The notes under the pieces: generated by a model
What the model was told of the DNA's origin: nothing
Database searches by the model: none
What the model saw: only the letters and a program-made list of their open reading frames with translations
NCBI GenBank assembly: GCA_934140155.1
Contig: CAKPBC010000001.1
Location: forward strand, 422,542 to 486,541
DNA from: an uncultured Bacilli bacterium
GTDB taxonomy: Bacteria; Bacillota_I; Bacilli_A; RFN20; CAG-826
Length of the DNA stretch: 64,000 nt
Reading direction: 5' to 3'
Shown here: piece after piece, positions 20,619 to 30,441 of the stretch
Position numbering within the stretch: the stretch's first letter is position 1
Layout of the letters: every line of letters begins with the position of its first letter
Position numbers and translations under genes: made by a program

Positions 20619-20905
20619 AATTTATAGTCCTTTAAATTAGTTATTTGTTCATACTTAAATAAATTATTAAAATCTTCTAGACAATTCATTGCATGAGCAA
20701 TCTTGATTAATGAAGCAAGTGAAATGTCACCAGTAGTTTCAAATCTTCTAATAGAAGCATAGTTAACGCCAGATCTTTTGGCTAATTCTTTTTGGGTGTA
20801 TTTAAGTTCTTTTCGTCTTAGTTTGACTCTTTTTATTAATTTTTCCGTAATACTTGCTTCTGTTATCGTATCTACAAAGTCACTAATGTCAAATTTTCTT
20901 TCCAT
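20615..20905 (-). CDS. hipB: HipB-like XRE-family HTH antitoxin
   Basis: HTH: LRRKELKYTQKELAKRSGVNYASIRRFE. 96 aa. Translationally coupled to hipA. Confidence 0.75.
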   Translation of the reverse strand: MERKFDISDFVDTITEASITEKLIKRVKLRRKELKYTQKELAKRSGVNYASIRRFETTGDISLASLIKIAHAMNCLEDFNNLFKYEQITNLKDYKL

Positions 20906-20920
20906 TTTATCACCAACTTA

Positions 20921-20940
20921 ATTGCTTATATATTAGCAAT
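20921..20940. promoter_or_regulatory. Palindromic operator candidate ATTGCT-N8-AGCAAT immediately upstream of the hipB RBS
   Basis: 6-bp perfect inverted arms around an AT-rich 8-nt spacer, 16 nt from the hipB start. HipB proteins bind such palindromes to autoregulate. Confidence 0.45.
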
Positions 20941-21073
20941 TTTACTTTAATAAGTCAATAATCGCTAATATTTGAGCGAAAATCAAAAGCGAAAAAATTA
21001 ATAAGTAATGAAAAAGAAAAATATATCTTGACTTAGAGTTAACTCCAAGGATTACAATGTTCGTGTAAAGACT

Positions 21074-21476
21074 GTGATCATTATAACTATTGATGAATTA
21101 TTATCATTAGATGTATTAAAAGTGGAAAATATTAAAGATAATTTGCATGCATATCAATTAGCCAAAAGATGTAACGAAAAACAAGTAATGTTTGAAGCGT
21201 GTCGATATAGTAAAGTTGGCGCAAGAATTAATTCTATTTCGCCAGGTATAATTGTTACCCAATTAGCGATTGATGCATTTAATGGACTGCGTGGAGATTT
21301 TTATAAAAATATGTTCGCTAATTGTCCTGTTAAAAGGTCAGGAACCGCTGATGAAATGGCAAAATGTTCTAGAACTATTAATGAGTGATAAAGGTGCATT
21401 TATTAAAGAATCTGATTTTTTAATTGATGGTGGCGCAACTGCAAGTTACTATTATGGAGATTTAAAGCTAATTAAA
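21074..21476 (+). pseudogene. Short-chain dehydrogenase/reductase (SDR) remnant: C-terminal region split over two frames
   Basis: Frame 1: ...ARINSISPGIIVTQLAID...RSGTADEMAKCS. Frame 2: ...IDGGATASYYYGDL*. These are the typical SDR C-terminal motifs with no N-terminal Rossmann portion, so the gene is frameshifted and truncated. Confidence 0.6.
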
Positions 21477-21896
21477 ATTCTTCGTTGCTAATGGTAATAT
21501 GTTCTATCAAAACTGGTCATTCAAAGTTAGAAGAGATGGTTTAGATGGCGATGCAGAAACAAAATACAAAACAAATTTTGAAACTAAATTTGCTGAATGG
21601 CAATTATCAGGAGGAGAAGACGCCTATATTGAATTAAAATACAAGCAATGACAAAACTAATAGAGGTACATTCTATGTAGAAACATCTGATGTTACTCTT
21701 GGTTTTGGTGGTTGGGACTTAGAATAATTTTTTGAAGTATTGCAAAATTTAATTTAATAGTTTTTACTTATATTAGTAACTAAAAGAGTCAGCAATTTGC
21801 TGACTTTTTTCGAAAAATATTATATTTTTTGTGCTAAAAAGCACATGATATTATTTGTAAAGTATAGTAAAATTATTTTTTAGCTAAGATTTTCTT

Positions 21897-22055
21897 GTAT
21901 ATCTTACCTCTAGTCCAGTATTAGGATGATGTCCAAGTTTTTCCACACCATTTTGGCCCTTCAATGCATATAGCGCCACTAACTTTAAGATATTGTTCGA
22001 TAACTTCGTCAATAATTCTTTTTTTATAGTCAGATTTATTTACAATTTTATCCAT
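21897..22055 (-). pseudogene. P-loop ATPase N-terminal fragment (44 aa then stop)
   Basis: MDKIVNKSDYKKRIIDEVIEQYLKVSGAICIEGPKWCGKTWTSS*; a Walker-A-like GPKWCGKT then premature stop; no intact downstream ORF. Confidence 0.45.
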
Positions 22056-22086
22056 TTTAATAGCATCCGCTTCATTAATATTTTAC

Positions 22087-22168
22087 TTAACTGAGCAATA
22101 TTTGCTAATCTAACTGAGCAATCTTTTAGAGAATAGGTGAGCAACTTTTTTAATATTTGCTGAGCAAT
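22087..22168. repeat. Four direct copies of (A/G)CTGAGCAA(T/C) spaced about 22-25 bp; two embedded in the inverted repeat AGCAA-TAT-TTGCT
   Basis: taaCTGAGCAATatttgct (22087), taaCTGAGCAATc (22111), gGTGAGCAAC (22137), gCTGAGCAATattt (22159). Lies between the decayed region and the 3' end of the SNF2 gene. Confidence 0.5.
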
Positions 22169-22183
22169 ATTTTGAAAAAACTA

Positions 22184-25100
22184 TTAATTAAGTAAGAATT
22201 TAATATCATCATGTGTCAATTGTAAAATTGATTTTTCATTGGATGATATAAGGGAATCTATTAAATCCTTTTTCATATTTTGTAATTCAATTACTTTTTC
22301 TTCAATTGAATTTTCACATATAAATTTTAAAACTGTGACATTGTTTTTTTGACCAATACGATGTGCACGATCTGTGGCTTGGTCTTGTACAGCGGCATTC
22401 CACCACGGATCAATATGAATGACCGTATCTGCACCAGTTAAGTTTAATCCATTTCCTCCGGCTTTAAGTGAAATTAAGAATAATGGTGTTTTATCATTAT
22501 TAAATTTGTCACATAATATGACTCTTTCTTCCGCTTTAGTTTCGCCAGTTAATAAATAATATTTGATTTTTTCTTTATTTAAATGATTTTCCACTATATT
22601 AAGTGCTTTAACAAATTGTGAGAAGATTAAAATTTTATGACCTTCTTTGATTAATGCGTTTATATAATCATAAATTAAGTCCATTTTTCCACTTTTTCCG
22701 GAATAATTTTCTATAAACATTGATGGTTCAACGCAAATTTGTCTTAAACGCATAAGGTATGGAAGTATTTCAAAAATACTACTAGATTGACCTAATGCTT
22801 TTTTGGCTACTTGACAATAAGCATCATATGCTTTTCTTTGTTCAGTCGTCATTTCTGCTTCAATAACGCGTTCAATCTTGTCTGGTAAATCATTAAGAAC
22901 ATCTTTTTTTGTTCTTCTTAAAATAAATAAAGAGACACGTTTTGCTATCATATTTTTATATTCTTCTTCGGTTTCAAAACGCTTTTTAAACACATCAATA
23001 TCATCTAAGTATCCAGGCATTAAGAAATCAAATATTGACCATAGTTCGAGTGCACTATTTTCAATAGGAGTACCAGTTAAAGCAAAGCGATGATTAGATT
23101 TTATTTGCTTTACAGAACGTGATTTTTTAGAAGTAAATGTTTTAATAGCTTGTGCTTCATCAAGTATTAAATATTGGAAAGTGTAATTATATTTTTCTAA
23201 ATCAATTCTTAATGAATCATAAGAAGTAATATAAATTACATGTTCGTTTGGTTTAATATTATTTATAATTTGTTTTCTTTCTTCTTGGGTGCCAAAGATT
23301 TTAATTACCTTGGTATTTGGATCAAATTTAAGAAATTCATTATACCAGTTAAATATTAAACTTTTTGGACAAACAATTAACGAAGGTACATTAGTTTTAT
23401 CAATATTTAATAAAGCAATAGTTTGTAAGGTTTTACCTAAACCCATATCATCAGCAAGAATACCACATAAATTATGTTTAACTAAGGTGGCCATCCAGTT
23501 AACCCCATCAATTTGATAATCACGTAATTTGGCATTAATATTAGATAAATCAAGTTTGTTATTTTTAAAATCTTTAACTTCATCAATAACCTTTATAAAA
23601 TAATCTTTAACTTTGTTATCTTCAATAGCGTTAATTGCTTTAAATGCATTATAAAAATTAGTTTTTTGTTCATTAGTTAATTTAGTTTTATCTAGTCTTA
23701 ATCCTTCGGATATGTTATAAAATTCTTGAGCATTTTCATTTTGAATATTGATAATTTGGTTATTTTTTAGTTGTACAAATTTCTTTTTCTTTTTAAGAGC
23801 GTTATATATTTTTTCTAGTTCTTCATTACTAAAAGAAGATTCTGCCCAAAATGCTTCAATCATGCTAGATCCATAATCAATTCTTAAATTTTGCTTTGGA
23901 AAATTAATAATATTTTTAGTTTTAATATGCTCGGATAAATAAATTGTACAAATACTTTGAAGTGGTGATATATCAGCAATTAGAAAATTATAAATATCCT
24001 CATCTTTTTCAATTTTATTGTCAACAAATTTGAAACTCTTAAATAAATTATCTATAAAATTAAGATTTTCAACTGTAATCTTACTATATTTGCTTTCTTC
24101 AATAGGTAAACCATTTTCTTTTACAATTATCTTTTTTGTTAATATATTTTCTTCCATATCAATATAAATTTCAATATTTTGATAATTTTCACTTAATTTA
24201 TTAATTGATTCAGGAATAGAAATAAGTTCTTCATTTCCTTTATAAATATACTTAAGGAAGAATTCTTCGTTATTTTCAATATCGTTTTCATTAAAAGATA
24301 AAAAGAAATCTAATATTGAGTTAATTTGTTCTCCGCCTTTTATTAAAGAAAGTGTTTTATTTAATTTGTCTATATAATAAACACCATCTTTGGCGTAAAT
24401 CAAATCTTGTCTTGCGATAGTAGGAGACATTGTTATTACTTTATTTTCATCAATGCTAAATTTAATTTCTTTTTCTTCTTTATTTAATGAATAAAATATC
24501 TTTTCATAATAAATACCATTATATAAGTGAATTAGCCTTGTTAATCCTTCTTCATTTAAATATATATTAGAAAAACGTGATCCGTAATCATTATTAAAGC
24601 CACGTACTAAAAAACAAGTTAACAAAATATTTATTAATTCTTTACTGAATTCATCAAATCCTTTTAGTGAACAATTAAATTTATATTCTTTATAAACATC
24701 AAGAGTTTCTTCGTTTCTAACTGCATTCATAAAGTCCATAACATAGTGGACTTTGTATAACTTTTGCTTGCCAATATAAACGTTGATATTAGCGTACTCA
24801 TTTAATTCGATTCTTATTCTCATTTTTTCTTCGCTTAATATTTTTAAAGCAATTTTGCTAGTTTTATTTTTACTTTGGTCTAATAAAAATGTGCGCATTT
24901 CATCTTGGACAATTTTCTTTTTAGCATTATTACATTTAGCAAAAGTATCCTCAATCATTTTGTTTAACTTGTCTGATGTGGCGGATTCGCAGATTTTAGT
25001 TAACATTGCAAAATATTTTTTTATTATTGGATTTGTTTCATCTAAACCACCATAGTCAATTTCCTTCCAATAATAATAGCTAAACTTATCTTCATCATTA

Positions 25101-26596
25101 ATATAAATACAATTTAAAAAATCAAAACTAGGTTCAGAAACTTCAAGAAAATATTCATCATCATAAATCTCTTCGTCACGGTTGATGACATTAAATTTAA
25201 AATATTCATCAAATTTTGAAAAATCGATATGTTTGGTTCTTTCAATAGCGTCATTAATGCGTGCTTTTATAAATGTTTTATTATTAGAAATATTTAAAAA
25301 TAGCAAAGCATAATAAGAAGCATCTTGAAACTCACACAAGCAGTCGTATAAGTTACAATCATAAGAAAAAAAATATCTTTTATCGACTAATTCAAATAAT
25401 TGCTCAATGTAATGCTTAGCATTTTTTTCTAATTTATCAATATTAGCTTTGATAAATTTTAGTCTTTCATTATCGTTGAATTGACTAAAATATTCAACCC
25501 CATCTTCATAGTCAATAACGGAATAATCTAAATCAATTAAGTATGGCTTAGCTCGATGTATGGCAAGCATTTGTTCTGCACTTAGTGAAGGTTTAATGGC
25601 ATTAACTGTTTCTTTAGAAAAGGCGTTATTATTAATTATTAAATTAGTAATAGTGGAAGCATCTTCTTTACTTAAATTACATAATGGAATCAAAGAATTT
25701 AAACTACTAGTAAAATCATAATATTTATAGTCTTCATTATATAAAGCAAAGTGAAGTATAGAATCATAATTTTCTTCAAATAAATCGTTTAATAAACTAT
25801 AAAAATTATCTTTTTCTAGTTTGTGACTAGCGTTTCGATAATTGGTGGCTTCTTTAATATTTGATTCATAAAAATTTTTCATCGCAGTATTATTAGAAAT
25901 CGAATTTAAATAAGTATTTAAATTATTTTTTTTATTTAAATCTAAATATAAATATATGATATTAAAAGCATTAATATCAGATTTAGAATAAGATGTTTCT
26001 AAAAGAGGTTGTATAAGATTATCAGCTAATTTATTATCTAAATATTTTTTAAGCTCATTAAATGATTTAAAACTTAAAAATAAAAATGTTGGTGAACGAT
26101 AAGTACTTACTTTTTTTATTTGATTATATATATCTAAAGCAGGAGAATTATAATTAGAGACATAAAAACTATAAATTTTATCTAAGACACGATAAACATG
26201 TTTACATTTAAATCCAACAGGGCAAGAGCAATCACCAAGTAGATTAGGATGAGAATATTTAATTTTAACATCATATTGTGTGTCGTAAGATGAAGACATC
26301 ACTTTAGCACTTATTTCATTTGAAGAAACAAATTGTATGGATGACAAGTCGAATTGCAATTTTGATGCCCGCTCTTTTGTGATTTTATCAAAATCATTTT
26401 TGTAACTTCCGTCTATAATATATTTTTCGAATTCATCTGATAAGGTAATTAAAAAAGGATTATTCTCAATTCCAGTTACATTATTAATAATATGAACACC
26501 ATCCAAAAATCGAATTGACAAAAGTATATTATTATTTTGAATTGGCTCAATAACACCTAATTTAAATAATTTATGATATACAAGAATATGCCCCAT
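22184..26596 (-). CDS. Giant SWIM zinc-finger / SNF2-family (DEAD-like) helicase, 1470 aa
   Basis: Start refined to MGHILVY (RBS AAGGGGTGA). SWIM: DCSCPVGFKCKHVYRV at ~aa 125. Helicase motifs: GILADDMGLGKTLQTIALL (I), LILDEAQAIK (II), ALTGTPIEN (III), TVIHIDPWWNAAVQDQATDRAHRIGQKNNVTV (VI). About 850 aa between SWIM and helicase core has no recognisable motif. Confidence 0.85.
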   Translation of the reverse strand: MGHILVYHKLFKLGVIEPIQNNNILLSIRFLDGVHIINNVTGIENNPFLITLSDEFEKYIIDGSYKNDFDKITKERASKLQFDLSSIQFVSSNEISAKVMSSSYDTQYDVKIKYSHPNLLGDCSCPVGFKCKHVYRVLDKIYSFYVSNYNSPALDIYNQIKKVSTYRSPTFLFLSFKSFNELKKYLDNKLADNLIQPLLETSYSKSDINAFNIIYLYLDLNKKNNLNTYLNSISNNTAMKNFYESNIKEATNYRNASHKLEKDNFYSLLNDLFEENYDSILHFALYNEDYKYYDFTSSLNSLIPLCNLSKEDASTITNLIINNNAFSKETVNAIKPSLSAEQMLAIHRAKPYLIDLDYSVIDYEDGVEYFSQFNDNERLKFIKANIDKLEKNAKHYIEQLFELVDKRYFFSYDCNLYDCLCEFQDASYYALLFLNISNNKTFIKARINDAIERTKHIDFSKFDEYFKFNVINRDEEIYDDEYFLEVSEPSFDFLNCIYINDEDKFSYYYWKEIDYGGLDETNPIIKKYFAMLTKICESATSDKLNKMIEDTFAKCNNAKKKIVQDEMRTFLLDQSKNKTSKIALKILSEEKMRIRIELNEYANINVYIGKQKLYKVHYVMDFMNAVRNEETLDVYKEYKFNCSLKGFDEFSKELINILLTCFLVRGFNNDYGSRFSNIYLNEEGLTRLIHLYNGIYYEKIFYSLNKEEKEIKFSIDENKVITMSPTIARQDLIYAKDGVYYIDKLNKTLSLIKGGEQINSILDFFLSFNENDIENNEEFFLKYIYKGNEELISIPESINKLSENYQNIEIYIDMEENILTKKIIVKENGLPIEESKYSKITVENLNFIDNLFKSFKFVDNKIEKDEDIYNFLIADISPLQSICTIYLSEHIKTKNIINFPKQNLRIDYGSSMIEAFWAESSFSNEELEKIYNALKKKKKFVQLKNNQIINIQNENAQEFYNISEGLRLDKTKLTNEQKTNFYNAFKAINAIEDNKVKDYFIKVIDEVKDFKNNKLDLSNINAKLRDYQIDGVNWMATLVKHNLCGILADDMGLGKTLQTIALLNIDKTNVPSLIVCPKSLIFNWYNEFLKFDPNTKVIKIFGTQEERKQIINNIKPNEHVIYITSYDSLRIDLEKYNYTFQYLILDEAQAIKTFTSKKSRSVKQIKSNHRFALTGTPIENSALELWSIFDFLMPGYLDDIDVFKKRFETEEEYKNMIAKRVSLFILRRTKKDVLNDLPDKIERVIEAEMTTEQRKAYDAYCQVAKKALGQSSSIFEILPYLMRLRQICVEPSMFIENYSGKSGKMDLIYDYINALIKEGHKILIFSQFVKALNIVENHLNKEKIKYYLLTGETKAEERVILCDKFNNDKTPLFLISLKAGGNGLNLTGADTVIHIDPWWNAAVQDQATDRAHRIGQKNNVTVLKFICENSIEEKVIELQNMKKDLIDSLISSNEKSILQLTHDDIKFLLN

Positions 26597-26801
26597 CGTA
26601 TCACCCCTTAACATATTATTCTAACATTTAGAGTAAGCGAAATAAAATATTATTAAAAATTTTTTCTTTAAGAAAAACATCATAAAGCGTTTACATAAAT
26701 AAATGCTTGTAAAATTGTTGAATAATGAATAAAAAATACTTGCAAAGAGATTTTTGTAATGTTAATATATTTGCAATTAAAAAACGAAAGAGGAAATAAT
26801 T

Positions 26802-28994
26802 ATGAAACGAAAAAGTTGTTCTTTTTTGGCATTATTTTTGGCATTTTCTTTATTCTCATGTGCCAATGATAATTCCGTAAATTCTGGTTCTATAGAACCA
26901 TCTGTTAGTGCTAGTACCACTAATAGTGTATCTACTTCTAGTGGATCCACTTCATCTTCAGGATCTCAAACAAGTGTATCCACATCAACAAAACCTAGCA
27001 CATCAACAAAACCTAGCACAAGCAATTCTGTCTCAGCAAGTACAAGCACAGTTAGTACTGATGCAGTAAAAAAAGCAATTGAGAAAGCAGTAACTAAGAC
27101 TGATTTGATTGCTAGTGGCAATGTTACTATAAGTTCAAAAGATGATTGGACTAATGAATCAAACGAAAGTATATTTGAATTTGGTAAAGATTCTAATGGT
27201 GCTACACTGCATTATACTGGTAAAGATTATAGTGGAGAATATGATATGTATTTATTAACTGATACTGATGGTAGCGTTGTGGCAATTCAAAAATCTAAAA
27301 CTGATGGTTCGATAACAAAGCCATATGATGAATTTGATTCTATTGGTTTTCGCTTTAGTAATGTATTAAGCTATTCTGCTAGTTTTATCGGCGTGGAAAA
27401 TTTAGTACAAGGTTTATATGGCTATGGTATGCAAAATGTAAATAAAGATTTTAAATATCAAGTTGATAATGGAAAATATTCTTTTTCATTTGGATATTTT
27501 GAATCATTAGATGCTTGGCAATTCTTAAAAGTTAGTTGTGAATTTACTATTGGAGACAAAGAAGAATTTAGTAGTGTTAATGTTACAATTGACTCATATA
27601 GTCAATCTAGCTTTATGGTTGATGATGAACTAGGAGTAATTCAATTAAATAGCGATGCAAAAGCATCAAGCGTTAAAAAAATTGAAATTAGTCAAAAAGC
27701 AGGCGCTAGAACATTTGTGTCACCAATTTCATTAAGTTCACTTAAAGCAGCATCATTTGATGTAATGTTTGATGGTAAAGTAGTTGCTAGTGGCGAAACT
27801 ATTAAAGTAGCAAAAGGAGAAACTATTAATTTGTCATTATCTAATGTTGCTCCTGAAACTGCTAGTTTTGCTTTTGATGAGCCACAAATTACTGCTTCAG
27901 AAGGTTTGATTTTAGGATTTAGCTCATTTAATAATTCTATAAATGGAACTCCAAATGTGGTTGGTAAGTTTGATGTTTCTATAAAAACTGCGAATGTCAC
28001 TAAATCATTTAAAGTTGAAGTAACAGAAGCACAACCAAAATCTATTTCTTTATCTTACTTCACTGTAGCACCAAAAGGATACAACTCTTATGTTTTAGCT
28101 AATAATAAGTTTGATGGCTTTGTTGGTGTTGAATACATTGTTAAAGCTGGTATATTACCAGATGCTGCAAATCAAAACGTCAATGCTTCAATCGATGGTG
28201 TTGATTCATCTAAATATGAATTAACTAAAAAACAAATTAAGGTCCATGAATGGATGGATGAATATGATGTTTGGAGTTTTGTGGCAAAAGAAAGTGGAGA
28301 TTATGCAATTACTTTTGCAAGCGCCGTTAATGCAAATATAAAAGAAGTTGTTAATGTCCATGTTAGTGCTGCTCCAACTTTTGCAGAAGTATTGTCATCC
28401 GCTAAATTTGGAACTAAACAAGGCAATAGTGTCAAATATCAAGTTGAATTTGTTCCTACTGGAACTGGTGAAACAGGTGTAGTAACAATTAAAGACAATT
28501 TATCTTCAAAAGAAGAAGTAGCAAGTTACGTTATAAGCAAAGGTGAAAAATGTTACAATTTTGCTTTAACACATGTAAGTGGAGATACATTAGAAATACA
28601 ATTAGTTATGTCGTTTGATTTCTCTTTATCATATTACAATTCTGAATGGGATATGTATGAAGCACTTAGTAAAATTACTCCAGAATTCTTAGTCGCAGGA
28701 TCAACATATGATGGTGCAACAAACTCTGGTGAACATACTCTTACGATTAACTTAATGAGTAATAATGAAGCAAGTTTATTATTAGATGAAGTGTTCTCAC
28801 AATCTTTGAATTGTGCTTTCTCATTAAAAGAAGAAGGAGATCATTATGTTGGAACATTTACTTCAACTTCTTCAGAAGCTTCATTTGTAACATTACCATT
28901 ATCATTTACTCTCTCAAAAGATATGACTACATTAACTGTTTCATTTGAAATTGATGGAAATGTAGAAACATTTACTTGTTCAAGAAGTGAATAA
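26802..28994 (+). CDS. Large surface lipoprotein with Ser/Thr-rich linker and Ig-like repeats
   Basis: MKRKSCSFLALFLAFSLFSC lipobox; linker STSSGSTSSSGSQTSVSTSTKPSTSTKPSTS; repeated beta-sandwich-like segments. Confidence 0.7.
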   Translation: MKRKSCSFLALFLAFSLFSCANDNSVNSGSIEPSVSASTTNSVSTSSGSTSSSGSQTSVSTSTKPSTSTKPSTSNSVSASTSTVSTDAVKKAIEKAVTKTDLIASGNVTISSKDDWTNESNESIFEFGKDSNGATLHYTGKDYSGEYDMYLLTDTDGSVVAIQKSKTDGSITKPYDEFDSIGFRFSNVLSYSASFIGVENLVQGLYGYGMQNVNKDFKYQVDNGKYSFSFGYFESLDAWQFLKVSCEFTIGDKEEFSSVNVTIDSYSQSSFMVDDELGVIQLNSDAKASSVKKIEISQKAGARTFVSPISLSSLKAASFDVMFDGKVVASGETIKVAKGETINLSLSNVAPETASFAFDEPQITASEGLILGFSSFNNSINGTPNVVGKFDVSIKTANVTKSFKVEVTEAQPKSISLSYFTVAPKGYNSYVLANNKFDGFVGVEYIVKAGILPDAANQNVNASIDGVDSSKYELTKKQIKVHEWMDEYDVWSFVAKESGDYAITFASAVNANIKEVVNVHVSAAPTFAEVLSSAKFGTKQGNSVKYQVEFVPTGTGETGVVTIKDNLSSKEEVASYVISKGEKCYNFALTHVSGDTLEIQLVMSFDFSLSYYNSEWDMYEALSKITPEFLVAGSTYDGATNSGEHTLTINLMSNNEASLLLDEVFSQSLNCAFSLKEEGDHYVGTFTSTSSEASFVTLPLSFTLSKDMTTLTVSFEIDGNVETFTCSRSE

Positions 28995-28999
28995 TTATT

Positions 29000-30436
29000 A
29001 TGAAGAAAAAGTTTATATTTTTAGGTTTAATTTGCTCCATCATTGCTTCTTGTGATGGGGCAAACATCAAGCCTAGTGCTGGTTTATTAAATAATAATCT
29101 TATTTTAAGTAATACTACTGAATATAAAGAAGCCAAATCAACAAGCGCAATAGGAAATAAAAAACTATTAGTTATTCCTTTTGAATTTCAAGGAGAAAGA
29201 GAATTTCAAGATAGTGACTTAGAAAAGATTAGAAAAGCCTTTTTTGAACCAAAATTATCAACAAGCGGAAATGCTTATTATTCTTTAACAGAATATTATG
29301 AAAAAAGCAGTTTAGGAAAAGTTCATATTAGTGGTGATGTTGCTCCGGTATTAAAAGTTCCACATACTGTGGACGAACTTACTAAAGATGGTAATTATTT
29401 TCCAGGAGTCCCAGCTTATGAATATTTAAATAATGCCGGCGTTAGTGATGAATATTTGTCTTCTTTTGACCAAGATAAAGACGGTTATATTGATGCGGTT
29501 GTATTTGTTTATTCTTCTCAAACTTCAGAGCGTAGTGGAAACTTTTGGGCTTGGGTTTCAACATTCGATGCTGAACCAAACCTTACAAGGCCTCAATTTG
29601 CTAGACATATGTGGGTTGGCTTAGATTTCTTTTCTACATCTAATTATGAAATTGATGCACACACTATTATCCACGAAACAGGACATTTGTTTGGATTAAG
29701 GGATTATTATCCTAGTGATAACTATAATGTTGCCTTAGGTGGGCATTCAATGATGGATTATAACATTTCTGACCATGATCCGTATTCTAAAATGCTATTA
29801 TCTTGGTTAGATCCAATTTACTATGATTTTAAAAATTATAGAGAGATTACTTTAAATTTAAAAACATTCGAAGAAAATAATCAAGTTTTGCTCTTGAATA
29901 ATTCTTGGAATCATTCGGTTATGGATGAATATTTATTAATTGAATATTATACTTCTACGGGAGTAAATGAATTAGATGCTAAAAATAAATATGATAGTCG
30001 ACCATTAGGATTTACTAAAAACGGAATTAAAATATATCATGTCGATAGTCGTATCGCTAAATGCCATTATGATAAAACTCAATATGCGGTTGTTTTCGAT
30101 GAATATGTTAACGAAATTCCTGAAACTTATGCGGATGATATATATTATTTGATAGGGGCATCTAATAATAATCAAGATTCAAGAACAGATGCTTCTAGAC
30201 AAGGAAGGTATAAACAAGTTGCTTTAATAGAAAACAAACAATATAACAAATTACAAGCTGGAGAAAGTGCGGATGATGATTCACTATTTTATGAAGGCGA
30301 TATATTTGATTCCTCTACATCTCCATACTTATTAAATGGCAATTGGAATAATGGCACAGCAATTAATTTTACTATTTCAGTAGATAAATTAACTAGTGAG
30401 TATGCCACAATTACTATAAACTTTAAGGGGGAATAA
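29000..30436 (+). CDS. Lipoprotein Zn-metalloprotease, M6 (immune-inhibitor-A)-like HExxH...GLxD domain
   Basis: MKKKFIFLGLICSIIASC lipobox. Zincin motif AHTIIHETGHLFGLRDYY matches the M6-domain signature HExGHxLGLxDxY. 5 nt after the upstream lipoprotein gene. Confidence 0.55.
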   Translation: MKKKFIFLGLICSIIASCDGANIKPSAGLLNNNLILSNTTEYKEAKSTSAIGNKKLLVIPFEFQGEREFQDSDLEKIRKAFFEPKLSTSGNAYYSLTEYYEKSSLGKVHISGDVAPVLKVPHTVDELTKDGNYFPGVPAYEYLNNAGVSDEYLSSFDQDKDGYIDAVVFVYSSQTSERSGNFWAWVSTFDAEPNLTRPQFARHMWVGLDFFSTSNYEIDAHTIIHETGHLFGLRDYYPSDNYNVALGGHSMMDYNISDHDPYSKMLLSWLDPIYYDFKNYREITLNLKTFEENNQVLLLNNSWNHSVMDEYLLIEYYTSTGVNELDAKNKYDSRPLGFTKNGIKIYHVDSRIAKCHYDKTQYAVVFDEYVNEIPETYADDIYYLIGASNNNQDSRTDASRQGRYKQVALIENKQYNKLQAGESADDDSLFYEGDIFDSSTSPYLLNGNWNNGTAINFTISVDKLTSEYATITINFKGE

Positions 30437-30441
30437 GATAT

